Shown here one piece after another: positions 9,680-19,333 of a DNA stretch of 64,000 nt. The stretch spans positions 64,001-128,000 of the forward strand of contig JBEQBC010000002.1 in the NCBI GenBank assembly GCA_041640035.1, in the 5' to 3' direction. The translations under genes and the position numbers were made by a program. The DNA comes from Candidatus Nanohaloarchaea archaeon (GTDB lineage: Archaea > Nanohalarchaeota > Nanosalinia > Nanosalinales > Nanosalinaceae). Positions within the stretch are counted from its first letter, which is position 1, and each line of letters begins with the position of its first letter. The notes below the pieces were generated by a model, which was not told the origin of the DNA, did no database searches, and was given only the letters and a program-made list of their open reading frames with translations.

Positions 9680-10033
9680 ATGGATAAAGTCGGTAATGCA
9701 CTGATTAGTTTGATACAGGATCTCTCCAGTATTTCTACAAACGGTTACGCGAAGGTCGAGATAAACGAGAATCTCTGTGACCCGAGGCAGTTTGAACAGT
9801 TATTCGATTACTTCACCCAGGGAACTATCCTGGAAAGAATTGATCTAGATGTTGAATCAGCTCAAACCCAAGTGGACTGCGGATGCGGTTACAAGGAACC
9901 TGTAAACGGAGATCACTCCGGATACATGAGATGCCCGGACTGTGGAAAGTTCGCGGAAGTACAGGACCACGCATACAGCATCAAGAAGCCTGATCCTTCC
10001 AAGGTTGGGAAACGGCAGAGCATCAGGTTCTAG
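9680..10033 (+). CDS. HypA-like Zn-binding protein (degenerate N-terminus)
   Basis: F..GTILE, then CGCG...CPDCG in HypA-like spacing. Confidence 0.6.
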   Translation: MDKVGNALISLIQDLSSISTNGYAKVEINENLCDPRQFEQLFDYFTQGTILERIDLDVESAQTQVDCGCGYKEPVNGDHSGYMRCPDCGKFAEVQDHAYSIKKPDPSKVGKRQSIRF

Positions 10034-10083
10034 AGTATAACTACTAAAGATTCCGTTCTACGAATAACAATTATAGAGGTACT

Positions 10084-10166
10084 GCCGGGGTAGCCAAGTG
10101 GCCAAAGGCGACGGACTCAAGATCCGTTCCCGCAGGGGTTCCCGGGTTCAAATCCTGGCCCCGGCA
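10084..10166 (+). tRNA. tRNA-Leu(CAA)
   Basis: GCCGGGG/CCCCGGC acceptor, ACGGA-CTCAAGA-TCCGT anticodon arm and a long variable arm. Confidence 0.95.
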
Positions 10167-10189
10167 TCTAAGCCCATACTGAACAAGCT

Positions 10190-10960
10190 ATGAGAACGAA
10201 CAAACCTTCAGAAGCCGACCTGATAATCCAGAAACTTCCAAGCGACATGGGAATCCACCGCAACCCGCGAAAAGGCACCCTGAACGCACCAGGAAAAATC
10301 CTGGAAGAATACATTTCCGAAAACAATGTTCTGATAGACGAAGTTTTCCCCAACGAGTTCTCACTTCAGGAAACACATCATAAAATAGAAGAGAACACCG
10401 ATGAAGTCACTGAATACGGTAAACCTGTTCTTTCGCTGGGAGGCGATCACTCAGTAAGTTTCCCAGTCATCAAAGCCCTGAAGGAAGACAATCCAAGTAT
10501 GAAGCTGGTCTGGCTAGACGCACACCTTGACTTGAAGGAAAAAGTCGGCGATAACATATCACACGATGTAGTTGTACGGGAACTACTCGAAAACGGTTTT
10601 TCAGAGAGCGAAATCTACTTCGTAGGGATCACCGAAATTGATCACGATGAAGAAGAGTTTATACAGGGTAGAGACCTGAATATTTTCCGGTACGATGAAT
10701 TGGAAGAATTCAAAAGAGAGTTCCAAAACGATGAACAACCTGTGTATTTGAGCACAGACATCGATGTCTTGAAAGAAGAACTTGCTCCCGGAACAGGTTA
10801 CCCTGACGGAGAGTTAGAGCTGGAAGAAGTTCAGTCAGTGATTGAAAAGGTTGAGCCTGATCACGCAGATCTAGTTGAGGTCGCACCCCCATTGGACGAT
10901 GGAACAACTCTAGAAAACAGCAGGAAAGTTCTGAAATTTATAGAGAAAGAACTCACATAA
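10190..10960 (+). CDS. Arginase/agmatinase (ureohydrolase) family
   Basis: GGDHS, DAHLD, DIDVL, APGTG and DLVEV motifs. Confidence 0.9.
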   Translation: MRTNKPSEADLIIQKLPSDMGIHRNPRKGTLNAPGKILEEYISENNVLIDEVFPNEFSLQETHHKIEENTDEVTEYGKPVLSLGGDHSVSFPVIKALKEDNPSMKLVWLDAHLDLKEKVGDNISHDVVVRELLENGFSESEIYFVGITEIDHDEEEFIQGRDLNIFRYDELEEFKREFQNDEQPVYLSTDIDVLKEELAPGTGYPDGELELEEVQSVIEKVEPDHADLVEVAPPLDDGTTLENSRKVLKFIEKELT

Positions 10961-10969
10961 AATAGTAAT

Positions 10970-11410
10970 ATGAAGAACATCAAAACCTACGCCGCCATCA
11001 CACTGGTTCTCCTTATACCTCTAGCCGCTTTCCTGACCGTCAACAATGGAGATTGCGGCGAGATAACAGGTTTCGATGATATCGATTTGAGACCTGTGGA
11101 AGTCGGCTACAGCGAGGAAAACAGTTCTGTCCGTGTCGAACTAAGGAACTACGGTGAGAAAAATGTGACAGTTGAGGAGCTTGATATCAAGCTGGCGCAC
11201 AGTGACCGTGAAAGCGATGTCCTGATGAATAGCGAGGAGAAACATATCAGAAACGGTACAAAAGAAGTGGTATACCTGGACCAGCTGGCTGAAGTCGAAT
11301 CATCGGATCAGTGTAACCGTTTCGAGATGGAGGTAATGTACGATCAGGAGGTCAAAGTAGGTTTCAGCGACCGCGGTGAGGTGGAGCTGAAGGCCGAAAT
11401 CACCGGTTGA
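10970..11410 (+). CDS. Hypothetical membrane-anchored/secreted protein
   Basis: N-terminal hydrophobic helix followed by a beta-rich acidic domain. Confidence 0.6.
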   Translation: MKNIKTYAAITLVLLIPLAAFLTVNNGDCGEITGFDDIDLRPVEVGYSEENSSVRVELRNYGEKNVTVEELDIKLAHSDRESDVLMNSEEKHIRNGTKEVVYLDQLAEVESSDQCNRFEMEVMYDQEVKVGFSDRGEVELKAEITG

Positions 11411-11453
11411 GGCAGTCAAAATATTAAATCTGTCGTCCCCATTCTAAAACTGT

Positions 11454-13085
11454 ATGAAACAGGTCAAGAGCAAGCTGGCTTCCATACTATCAGAAAAACT
11501 CGATGCAGAAGTAAGTCCAGAGGACATCGAGAGACCGGAGCCAGAACACGGAGACTTCGCCTACCCGGTTATGAAAGCAGCTTCACAGAAGGACGAAAAT
11601 CCACGCCAGCTTGCAGAAACCGTTTCACAAGGTTTCGACGAAGAAATAATTAATTCAGTTTATGTGGCCGGACCAGGATACCTGAACTTCCATCTGGAAA
11701 GAGAAAAGTTCTCAGAACAGGTATTCCAGACACTCGGAAAAGATAATTACGGTTTTGAAGACAGGGATGAGAAAGTGCTAGTCGAGTTCTCCTGTCCCAA
11801 CCTGGCGAAACCTATGCATATCGGCCATGTACGGAACAACTGCATCGGCGACTCACTCCAGCGCATAATGCGCTTCGTGGGATACGATGTGACCTCAGAG
11901 AACTACATCGGCGACTGGGGAACCAAACACGGCCAGGTGATCTATGCATACAAACAGTGGGGTTCAAAGGAAGAGTTCGAGGAGAACCCTATGGAGCACA
12001 TGTACGATCTGTATGTGAAGCTTCACGACCAGGCTGATGAGGAAGATAAGGAGAAGGCCCGTGAATGGAGTAAGAAAATCGAAGAAGGTCATGACGAGGC
12101 CAGAGAACTATGGGAGATGTTCCGTGAAGCCACCATCGAGCACAACAAGAATGATTACCAGCGGATGGATATCAGTTTCGACAGATGGACCGGAGAATCA
12201 GTTGTAGCAGAAGAAGCCGAAGAAATAATTGAAGAAGGAATCGAGAAAGATATCTTCCATGAAGACGATGATGGAAGTGTCTATGTAGATTTCGAAGACG
12301 AAAAATATCCTTCAACGGTCGTCAAGAGAAGCGACGGATCAACACTGTACCTTTCAAGAGATGTAGCAAATATCAGAAAGCGTGAAAACGAAGGATTCGA
12401 CCTAAACCTGTATGTAGTGGCTAACGAGCAGGACCTTCATTTCCAGCAACTGTTCGAAATCGCTGAGGAGTTCGGTATCCAGCTTCCAAGCGAACATATC
12501 TCCTACGGAATGCTTCACCTAGAAGAAGGTTCTATGAGCAGCAGCAAAGGTAACATCATCACCCTGGACGAGGTAATCGACAAAGCAGTTGAGAAAGCCG
12601 AGGAAATCGAAGGAAGAGATGTCGGAAACTCTGAGGAAGTCGGCCTGGGCGCCATAAAGTACGCAAACTTGTCTGTATCCCGTCCGAAGGATATCGAGTT
12701 CAATTGGGACGAAGTACTGACCTTCGAAGGAGACTCAGGTCCATATCTCCAGTATACTAATGTCCGAGCGAAGAGTATACTCCGGGAGTCAGACCGTGAG
12801 GCAGAACTGACAGGAGAATTTACGGATGAGGAATATAGACTGGTTAAGAAGCTTTCAGAATTACCTGAGAAAATAGAAACAGCAGCAAATCAGAGAGAAC
12901 CTGCGAAGATCGCTAACTATCTTTCAGATCTTTGTGAGGATTTTAACAGCTTCTATCACAGCTGCCAGGTAACCGGAACAGCTGAAGAAGTTGAAAAACG
13001 AAGACTGAAGATTGTAGAAGGTTTTGTAGAGGCCACAGACACAGGGCTGGATCTTCTGGGTATTGAATCGCTGGAAGAAATGTAG
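11454..13085 (+). CDS. argS: Arginine--tRNA ligase
   Basis: EFSCPNLAKPMHIGH (HIGH), GDWG, MSSSKG and GPYLQY; DALR anticodon domain. Confidence 0.97.
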   Translation: MKQVKSKLASILSEKLDAEVSPEDIERPEPEHGDFAYPVMKAASQKDENPRQLAETVSQGFDEEIINSVYVAGPGYLNFHLEREKFSEQVFQTLGKDNYGFEDRDEKVLVEFSCPNLAKPMHIGHVRNNCIGDSLQRIMRFVGYDVTSENYIGDWGTKHGQVIYAYKQWGSKEEFEENPMEHMYDLYVKLHDQADEEDKEKAREWSKKIEEGHDEARELWEMFREATIEHNKNDYQRMDISFDRWTGESVVAEEAEEIIEEGIEKDIFHEDDDGSVYVDFEDEKYPSTVVKRSDGSTLYLSRDVANIRKRENEGFDLNLYVVANEQDLHFQQLFEIAEEFGIQLPSEHISYGMLHLEEGSMSSSKGNIITLDEVIDKAVEKAEEIEGRDVGNSEEVGLGAIKYANLSVSRPKDIEFNWDEVLTFEGDSGPYLQYTNVRAKSILRESDREAELTGEFTDEEYRLVKKLSELPEKIETAANQREPAKIANYLSDLCEDFNSFYHSCQVTGTAEEVEKRRLKIVEGFVEATDTGLDLLGIESLEEM

Positions 13086-13086
13086 T

Positions 13087-13539
13087 TCAGTCGATTTCCT
13101 CTATAGGCACGCCACCTACCTTTTCATTCTCTTCTACATCACGGTTGATGAATGACTGAGCGCCAACAGTAGCGTCGTCACCTATATTGATTCCAGGCCT
13201 GTTTGCTGTGCCGTGTCCGATAAGCACATCGTCTCCTACATTTACTTCTCCTTTTATACAGGAGTCGTTATCGAATTCATGGGCTAAAACCTTAGCTCCC
13301 CAGCCTATCAAAGCATTTTCACCGATAGTGATTTCTTCCGGGAAGAATGGGTCGATCTGTACATGAGGTGCTATAACTGTTCCTTTACCGATTTCTGCAC
13401 CTATCATTCGGTACATCCAGTTCTTTACTTTGACAGGCATTATCTTGGCTAGCTCACATACCAGAAGGTTGAATACCAATCGGAACGGATTTCTCAACTT
13501 GTACCATTTCTGAGGTGGTACATCTACTTTTTCTGTCAT
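13087..13539 (-). CDS. Hexapeptide-repeat acyltransferase
   Basis: IGKGT, IGENA, VGDDV, IGDDA repeats and a GGVP end. Confidence 0.85.
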   Translation of the reverse strand: MTEKVDVPPQKWYKLRNPFRLVFNLLVCELAKIMPVKVKNWMYRMIGAEIGKGTVIAPHVQIDPFFPEEITIGENALIGWGAKVLAHEFDNDSCIKGEVNVGDDVLIGHGTANRPGINIGDDATVGAQSFINRDVEENEKVGGVPIEEID

Positions 13540-13599
13540 ATCTACAGGAAGGGTTTTTCAGCCGTATTGAATAAAAGTGTCGATGTTGAAAACTGGAGT

Positions 13600-13806
13600 A
13601 TGGGGGAGGAAAACAACTTCTGGATAATCGAACTCTACAACGATGAAACCGCCAATGTATCAATCATGAGCAAGGAAGAAGCCGAAGCGATGAAGAAAGT
13701 GAACGACGACTTCGAGGAATGGCAGATGGAGCCATGCAGCGACTTCTCCGAGGATGACATGATTGAGAGAGCGGAAGACAAAGGATACGAACACGATCCC
13801 TGGTAA
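13600..13806 (+). CDS. Small acidic hypothetical protein
   Basis: ATG at 13600; codon style and acidity match the genome. Confidence 0.6.
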   Translation: MGEENNFWIIELYNDETANVSIMSKEEAEAMKKVNDDFEEWQMEPCSDFSEDDMIERAEDKGYEHDPW

Positions 13807-13812
13807 AATACA

Positions 13813-14154
13813 TCAGTTATCCAGGTCCTGAAGAATCTTCATGTACGCATCGTTATCTAAATGTACTCTATCAGTTAATTTTCCTGCTAGTTCTTCAAGA
13901 TCGGATTCTTTCATACCGAAGTACGACTCAGAACTTTTGTAGGAAGGCTTGATGCCGATAACATAATCAGATCTATTTCTCAAAGGATGAACTACATCTT
14001 CAAAACTCGGCGGATTCTCGTATATCTCAATCCTGCCAGAAGAACCTTCATAGAAGAGAAGCGGCTTACTATTTCTAGCTGTCCTGCTAAGTGTTTCCCG
14101 AGTTACTGACTGCAGATCTCTTTCGTCAACAGTTTCAAGGAAATGTGATATCAA
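13813..14154 (-). CDS. Hypothetical protein directly downstream of tRNA-Phe
   Basis: ORF-track frame truncated so it does not overlap the tRNA; start (TTG) is uncertain. Confidence 0.4.
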   Translation of the reverse strand: MISHFLETVDERDLQSVTRETLSRTARNSKPLLFYEGSSGRIEIYENPPSFEDVVHPLRNRSDYVIGIKPSYKSSESYFGMKESDLEELAGKLTDRVHLDNDAYMKILQDLDN

Positions 14155-14163
14155 GGTTGGAAA

Positions 14164-14237
14164 TGGCCGAACCCGGATTTGAACCGGGGACAACGTGATC
14201 TTCAGTCACGCGCTCTCCCAGGCTGAGCTATTCGGCC
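14164..14237 (-). tRNA. tRNA-Phe(GAA)
   Basis: Reverse complement GGCCGAATAGCTCAG...CGTGA-CTGAAGA-TCACG...TTCAAATCCGGGTTCGGCCA. Confidence 0.95.
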
Positions 14238-14310
14238 AGACTGCTTGATAGAGTACATTTGAAAGGTGAGTTTTAAGAAATAAAACCTTATCAGAAGTAT
14301 AACTGTTTCA

Positions 14311-14829
14311 GTGCCCTTCACTCCTTTCCACTTCGGACCAGCCATACTCATCGGATTACTGATGCTGAATTACCTTGACTTCCCGACCTTTATACTGGCG
14401 AACATCATAATTGACTGGCGTGCTGCACTCGCCTTCATCGGATTCTTGGACGGTCCTCTTCACGGCTGGGTGCATACTTACCTCGGAGCCCTTCTGATGG
14501 CTGCCTGTCTTTCAGCAGCGATGATCAAAATACGGCCATTGCTAGATGAATCTTTAGAAGAGATGAAGATTGTACAAGAGGTGAATCGCCGGAAAATCGT
14601 ATTGGCAGCGGTTTCAGGTGTTCTTCTTCATGTGACGATTGATGCCATGCATCATCCGTTTATGCAGCCTTTCGCACCTTTCAGTTTCAGGCCTTTGCTG
14701 GGAACTGCGTCGACCACTGAACTGAGAACGGTGCTCTTCGTAATGCTTCTCCTGAGTTATCCTGTATACCTGGCTCATGTGAGCGACCGGTTCGCATTAG
14801 ATCTGGGAGAGCTGTGGACAGATTCTTAA
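14311..14829 (+). CDS. Membrane protein, putative metal-dependent hydrolase (MPFTPFH type)
   Basis: His motifs (FH, LHGWVHT, LHVTIDAMHH) within TM helices. Confidence 0.7.
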   Translation: MPFTPFHFGPAILIGLLMLNYLDFPTFILANIIIDWRAALAFIGFLDGPLHGWVHTYLGALLMAACLSAAMIKIRPLLDESLEEMKIVQEVNRRKIVLAAVSGVLLHVTIDAMHHPFMQPFAPFSFRPLLGTASTTELRTVLFVMLLLSYPVYLAHVSDRFALDLGELWTDS

Positions 14830-14854
14830 AAATCAAGTGAGTTACACATTAAAT

Positions 14855-15715
14855 ATGAAGCTTTCAGAAATCCTGTTGCTATCTGCTATTGTTTTAACGG
14901 CTGGTTGCACCGATCAAATAGTGAGAGAGTATGAAGAGAATACTCCACCAGATATAGATTTTGAAAGTGTTGAAATAAATGGAGAATATGAGATAGTTTC
15001 TGAAGATGAAACTGAGTGGATAGTCTACAGACATGAAGGCGAAAGATATTCCTCACCTCACTTCGCCGGTTTGGAGCCGGCAGCTGGCTGGATCGCCGAC
15101 AACACAGAGGATAATGAGACGGTCGCAAGCTGGTGGGATTATGGGCATGATATCAGAGCTCAGACCGGAAACAAGATGTACCTTGTTGAGCCTTCAGAGT
15201 ATGCCGCAGAAAAAACTGTTGAAGGACCGATTTTCGGGCTACGAGAGAATTACTCTTCACAGAGTAAAATTAACAAGATGTTAGATATATTTAATTCGCC
15301 TCCCGAAGAAGCTATTTCAGTTGCGAGAGAAGAAGGTATCGAATATATTCTCTTCTCCAGGTCTGACTTGTACAAGTTTAATGTGATACAGAAAGCTGGC
15401 AACAGTTCAGATTCTAACGGGAGAATAACTTCAGGAGGATGTGTTTCGAACTGTGCAGGGATTAACCGTACCTTCAGATTTGATAGAGAAACTAGAGTTC
15501 AAGTAAATATGGAGGAAAAAACTGTAGAAGGCGATCTATCCAGGTGTTCCGAGAGTGAAAGTGGTTCAAAATGTGTGGTTGTTGCCTTTGAAGAAGTTTA
15601 CATGGCTGACGAGGAGAGCAAGGACTCGTTTTTCGTGAAAGCTTTATCTGGCAGGACCCGGCTTGAAAAGGTTTACAGCGGGGATTACGCTGTTATTCTG
15701 AGAGTAGATGGCTGA
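14855..15715 (+). CDS. Lipoprotein carrying an AglB/STT3 C-terminal catalytic-like domain
   Basis: Lipobox-like LTAGC, VASWWDYGH and DLYK (DxxK); no multi-TM region. Confidence 0.7.
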   Translation: MKLSEILLLSAIVLTAGCTDQIVREYEENTPPDIDFESVEINGEYEIVSEDETEWIVYRHEGERYSSPHFAGLEPAAGWIADNTEDNETVASWWDYGHDIRAQTGNKMYLVEPSEYAAEKTVEGPIFGLRENYSSQSKINKMLDIFNSPPEEAISVAREEGIEYILFSRSDLYKFNVIQKAGNSSDSNGRITSGGCVSNCAGINRTFRFDRETRVQVNMEEKTVEGDLSRCSESESGSKCVVVAFEEVYMADEESKDSFFVKALSGRTRLEKVYSGDYAVILRVDG

Positions 15716-15754
15716 ACCTGAATTGTATTAAGAATTACCGGATAGTTGACCTGT

Positions 15755-16771
15755 ATGACTGACGAAAAAGATGCTTCTGACACCCGTGAACATGTGATAC
15801 CTGGTACGAAGAAAAAGTATACTGGAGAAGATGTAGAGGGATACGATTTCCGGGGAGACTTCGATCTCTCTGAGATGATTGAAAAGTACTCTACGACCGG
15901 TTTCCAGGCCACACACCTGAAGGAAGCTGTTGAACTGGTAAAGGAGATGAGAGACGAGGATGCGAAAATCTTCCTAACTTTCACCTCCAATATTATCAGC
16001 TCCGGGTTGAGAGAAGTAGTTGCATACCTTGCACGGCAGGACTTTGTTGATGTGATTATTACCTCTGCCGGAAGCCATACAGAGGATGTTATCAAGACTA
16101 ACGATGACTTCCAGATGGGAGAATGGGAGGCTGACGAAGCACAGCTTAGAGACGAAGGTATCAACCGGCTGGGCAATATCTATGTTGAGTCTGATCACTA
16201 TGTCTGGCTTGAGTCCTGGTTGAATGAGGACTTCTTCGATAGTTTCTTTGAAGATGAGAAAATCCGGACTCCGAGCGATCTGGCATACGAGTTGGGTGAA
16301 GCAGTAGGTGAAGATGAGGATCTGGATGAAGCTGATTCGTTCATCTACCATGCATACGATAATGATATCCGTGTTTACTGTCCGGCTATGATCGATGCGG
16401 AAATCGGAGATTTCATGTTTTATTACCGGCAGGAACAGGATGAGGACATCGGTATTGAGATCCTTGACGACTGGGACAGTCTGATCAACGAGGCGATCAG
16501 TGCTGAGAAGACTGGCATCATAGCGGTCGGCGACGGCGTGCCTAAGCACCAAGCAATCATGTCGAATCTGTTCAGAGGCGGCACCGATTACGCTGTATAC
16601 ATCTCCACAGGTATGGAAGGTGACGGAAGTCTGAGCGGGGCGCCACCAAAAGAGGCTGTTTCCTGGGGAAAGATCAAGGAAGAAACCAAAAACTACACAC
16701 AGGTTGAAGCTGAGGCTACATTGGTATTCCCGCTTCTAGTGGCTGAGGCGTTCAAAAAATACGATCCATAA
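15755..16771 (+). CDS. dys: Deoxyhypusine synthase
   Basis: TGFQAT, FTSNIISSGLRE, INRLGNI and GSLSGAPPKEAVSWGKI. Confidence 0.96.
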   Translation: MTDEKDASDTREHVIPGTKKKYTGEDVEGYDFRGDFDLSEMIEKYSTTGFQATHLKEAVELVKEMRDEDAKIFLTFTSNIISSGLREVVAYLARQDFVDVIITSAGSHTEDVIKTNDDFQMGEWEADEAQLRDEGINRLGNIYVESDHYVWLESWLNEDFFDSFFEDEKIRTPSDLAYELGEAVGEDEDLDEADSFIYHAYDNDIRVYCPAMIDAEIGDFMFYYRQEQDEDIGIEILDDWDSLINEAISAEKTGIIAVGDGVPKHQAIMSNLFRGGTDYAVYISTGMEGDGSLSGAPPKEAVSWGKIKEETKNYTQVEAEATLVFPLLVAEAFKKYDP

Positions 16772-16779
16772 AGCAAAGG

Positions 16780-17283
16780 TTATTTGCTGTAGTAACTGCT
16801 TACAGCGGCTGATAGCTTAGGGTTATGTGATTCGTCTACAGGTACGCCGCGGTCCATCTTGTGCATTACTTCTATTGTTTCCGCGAATATGACTACGGGG
16901 TTATTCAGAGCTTTATTCGCGTTTTTACCGTAGTAATGTCTTATTCTTTCAGCTTTGAGTAGTTCTTCTCTGTTTTGTTCATCTCTCAGGAACTCGAGGT
17001 ATTTGTCGAAGTTTTCTGGTTTGCTCCATTTTTCGTGGCTTGATAGAAATGTTTTAACTTCTGTTTTGAAGGCTTGAGACTTTAGATTTGCTTTAAACCC
17101 GTTTTCAGAGCTTTTCATGATTCTTACCTGGACCAGGCGTTTTAGCTCTGCTTTGACTGTTGGACTGAGTACTTTTTCAGGTTCTTCTAGCTGCCAGTTG
17201 TCTGCTACTTCTTCCTGTGTCTTCGGGTATACGAATGAAGAAATGTATACCAGGTTTGCCCAGTTACCTTCTCTGAACTCCAC
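16780..17283 (-). CDS. Hypothetical protein
   Basis: 167 aa ORF filling the gap; no recognised motif. Confidence 0.55.
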   Translation of the reverse strand: MEFREGNWANLVYISSFVYPKTQEEVADNWQLEEPEKVLSPTVKAELKRLVQVRIMKSSENGFKANLKSQAFKTEVKTFLSSHEKWSKPENFDKYLEFLRDEQNREELLKAERIRHYYGKNANKALNNPVVIFAETIEVMHKMDRGVPVDESHNPKLSAAVSSYYSK

Positions 17284-17368
17284 TTTTCTAATTCACTTCC
17301 TCTTGAAACAGTTAATGTAGCTGATAAGTTAAAAATCGTGAACCTGTCCAAAAATATGATTTTCCGAG

Positions 17369-17674
17369 TTATTCAGCTCCTTCCTGTGAATCAAGGAGCC
17401 TTGAGATGAATATTCTCAGGGAGTCGATTCCTCCTACAGCTTCTATGAAGTCCTCGGAGACCTGCTCTGATTCTAGGAAAAGCTCTACCATGTCTTCGCT
17501 TACTTCTTCAGCTTCTCTTCCTTCACCATACTCTGGTTCGAATGAGGCCAGTTCCTGGTCGGAGTCAAATATCTTGATGCTTTCTTCGCGGTTTACCAGT
17601 TTGAACTTGCCTGTTTCCATTTCTTTGTCGAATTCGAAGCCGTTGTCGGTCTTGCTGTAGTAACTGTTGAGCAT
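17369..17674 (-). CDS. Hypothetical acidic protein
   Basis: 101 aa, genome-like composition. Confidence 0.55.
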   Translation of the reverse strand: MLNSYYSKTDNGFEFDKEMETGKFKLVNREESIKIFDSDQELASFEPEYGEGREAEEVSEDMVELFLESEQVSEDFIEAVGGIDSLRIFISRLLDSQEGAE

Positions 17675-17706
17675 TTTCTTACAAAAAGAGAATGTAAAAA
17701 TAAGTT

Positions 17707-18069
17707 TTAAAGTCTTTTAGCGACTTCCTCTGTCAGATCTGCCAGAGCAGGATGTAGTTCGATGGATGAAAGTCTGTGCATTTCTACCCATTCTCCTTGT
17801 TCTGGTTCTCCTTCGATATTTACCTTGTATGGCTGCATCGTGATTTCTTCGCTTTCGTCTTCGAAACTGTTTTTCAGTTTCTTCTTGTATCTCTCGACTT
17901 CAGATCCGCATCCGGTTACTTCAGAGGCTACTCTTTCTGCAGCGTCTGCTGAGAGTTCTCCTTCCTCTCCGTAACCCATCGGGATCTTGTAGTTTTCGCT
18001 TCCCTCCTTTTTCAGAAGCAAGATTTTCTGATCGCGAACAATTAAACTTCCAGAAACCTCATGAACCAT
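17707..18069 (-). CDS. NUDIX-fold protein (degenerate Nudix box)
   Basis: KILLLK...PMGYGEEGE...AAERVASEVTG resembles GX5EX7REUXEEXG. Confidence 0.7.
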   Translation of the reverse strand: MVHEVSGSLIVRDQKILLLKKEGSENYKIPMGYGEEGELSADAAERVASEVTGCGSEVERYKKKLKNSFEDESEEITMQPYKVNIEGEPEQGEWVEMHRLSSIELHPALADLTEEVAKRL

Positions 18070-18099
18070 ATACTATAATTCGTAAGCTTTGCTTATAAA

Positions 18100-18459
18100 C
18101 TAATAGCGGAAATCACCAGAATCCTCCGCATACATACCTGATTCATTATAGAACTCAGCCTCAACATACAGCCCCTCTCCTTCATACTGTGAAAGACCTT
18201 CACATGGAACTATACCGCCCGAATTTCTTACAGGAGACTCTCCAGTACAGACAGATTCATCAGCACTGTTGAAGACTTGGATTTCAGCCTCGCAGCCGCT
18301 TCCCAAGATCCATAGTGGAAGCTTAGACTGGCCAAATCCTGTGATATCGCCCGAACAATTTACAGCTACTCCAGGGCTGGCTCCCAGAGCGTAAGAGAAT
18401 CCGAAAACCATTACAGCAGCACTCACCACCGTAATAAGTAGTGCCAGAAGTCTGATCAT
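18100..18459 (-). CDS. Hypothetical secreted/membrane-anchored protein with 4 Cys
   Basis: N-terminal hydrophobic helix; SD GGAGG upstream. Confidence 0.6.
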   Translation of the reverse strand: MIRLLALLITVVSAAVMVFGFSYALGASPGVAVNCSGDITGFGQSKLPLWILGSGCEAEIQVFNSADESVCTGESPVRNSGGIVPCEGLSQYEGEGLYVEAEFYNESGMYAEDSGDFRY

Positions 18460-18568
18460 ATTTCTCTCCTCCTTAATTCTGTATTCTCAACTATATATTG
18501 TATAACTTCCTTCATCAATTGAGTTTTGATCTGATTCAATTAAAGTGTTGACTCAATAGAAAGGCTAG

Positions 18569-18641
<73 letters not shown>

Positions 18642-18754
18642 ATTCCGTGGTAAACAGATTCCCTGTCAATTTTTTAAACATAAAGTATGACCTCTCCCAG
18701 AAAACCGTGATGCGGTAAAAAGCAAAACCTATTTAATTCTGTTGTTACTAATTA

Positions 18755-19321
18755 GTGAATATGAATTCTGGAGATTATCTTGAAAGAGTTGACGGCGGTG
18801 AAACGGTCAGAGTAAATGACCTGTATCTATCAGGGGATTATGAGGCTCTGGTAGATATATTTGAGCATTCTACAGTGACCGGAGGAACTCTCGAAGTCGA
18901 CTCCAGTTATGCCAATGATGTAATGTATGATGACGAATTCGATCCCATTGAGAAAGTGGAAGACGGAGTGGCCAATCTCCTAGAGAACCAGTACGAAGAA
19001 GGTTTCAACAAGGCCAACGAGAAGATGAAAGAGCTCTACAACAGATTGAGCTGGAACGATGTAAGAGACAGAGCTCTGGACAAGGCCAGCAAGAACGAGA
19101 AGAAGGTTAAAGCAGCGACCGCAGGAATGGGTCTAGGCGCCTTAGGAATAGCAGGCGGAATCGGCCTAGAAAAGGTACACCTTCTGGGCGGAGGCGCAGC
19201 ACTTGAAGTGATATCCGCTAACAGAAGTGCAACATGGCAGGGAATGCGTGAAAGAGAACTGAGAGAAGCCGCAAAAGGCTTGAACCAGGGTTACGCCAAC
19301 CACGAGATCAACATAAGATAA
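18755..19321 (+). CDS. Hypothetical protein with Gly-rich hydrophobic hairpin; paralog of the next gene
   Basis: AATAGMGLGALGIAGGIG...LLGGGAAL; shares motifs with 19334..19993. Confidence 0.65.
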   Translation: MNMNSGDYLERVDGGETVRVNDLYLSGDYEALVDIFEHSTVTGGTLEVDSSYANDVMYDDEFDPIEKVEDGVANLLENQYEEGFNKANEKMKELYNRLSWNDVRDRALDKASKNEKKVKAATAGMGLGALGIAGGIGLEKVHLLGGGAALEVISANRSATWQGMRERELREAAKGLNQGYANHEINIR

Positions 19322-19333
19322 CTGCCCGGAAAG

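Noticed and set aside
10190-16771. Dedicated agmatine/hypusine operon (ureohydrolase, argS, dys)
   Set aside because: The genes are separated by unrelated and opposite-strand genes; proximity alone is weak evidence.
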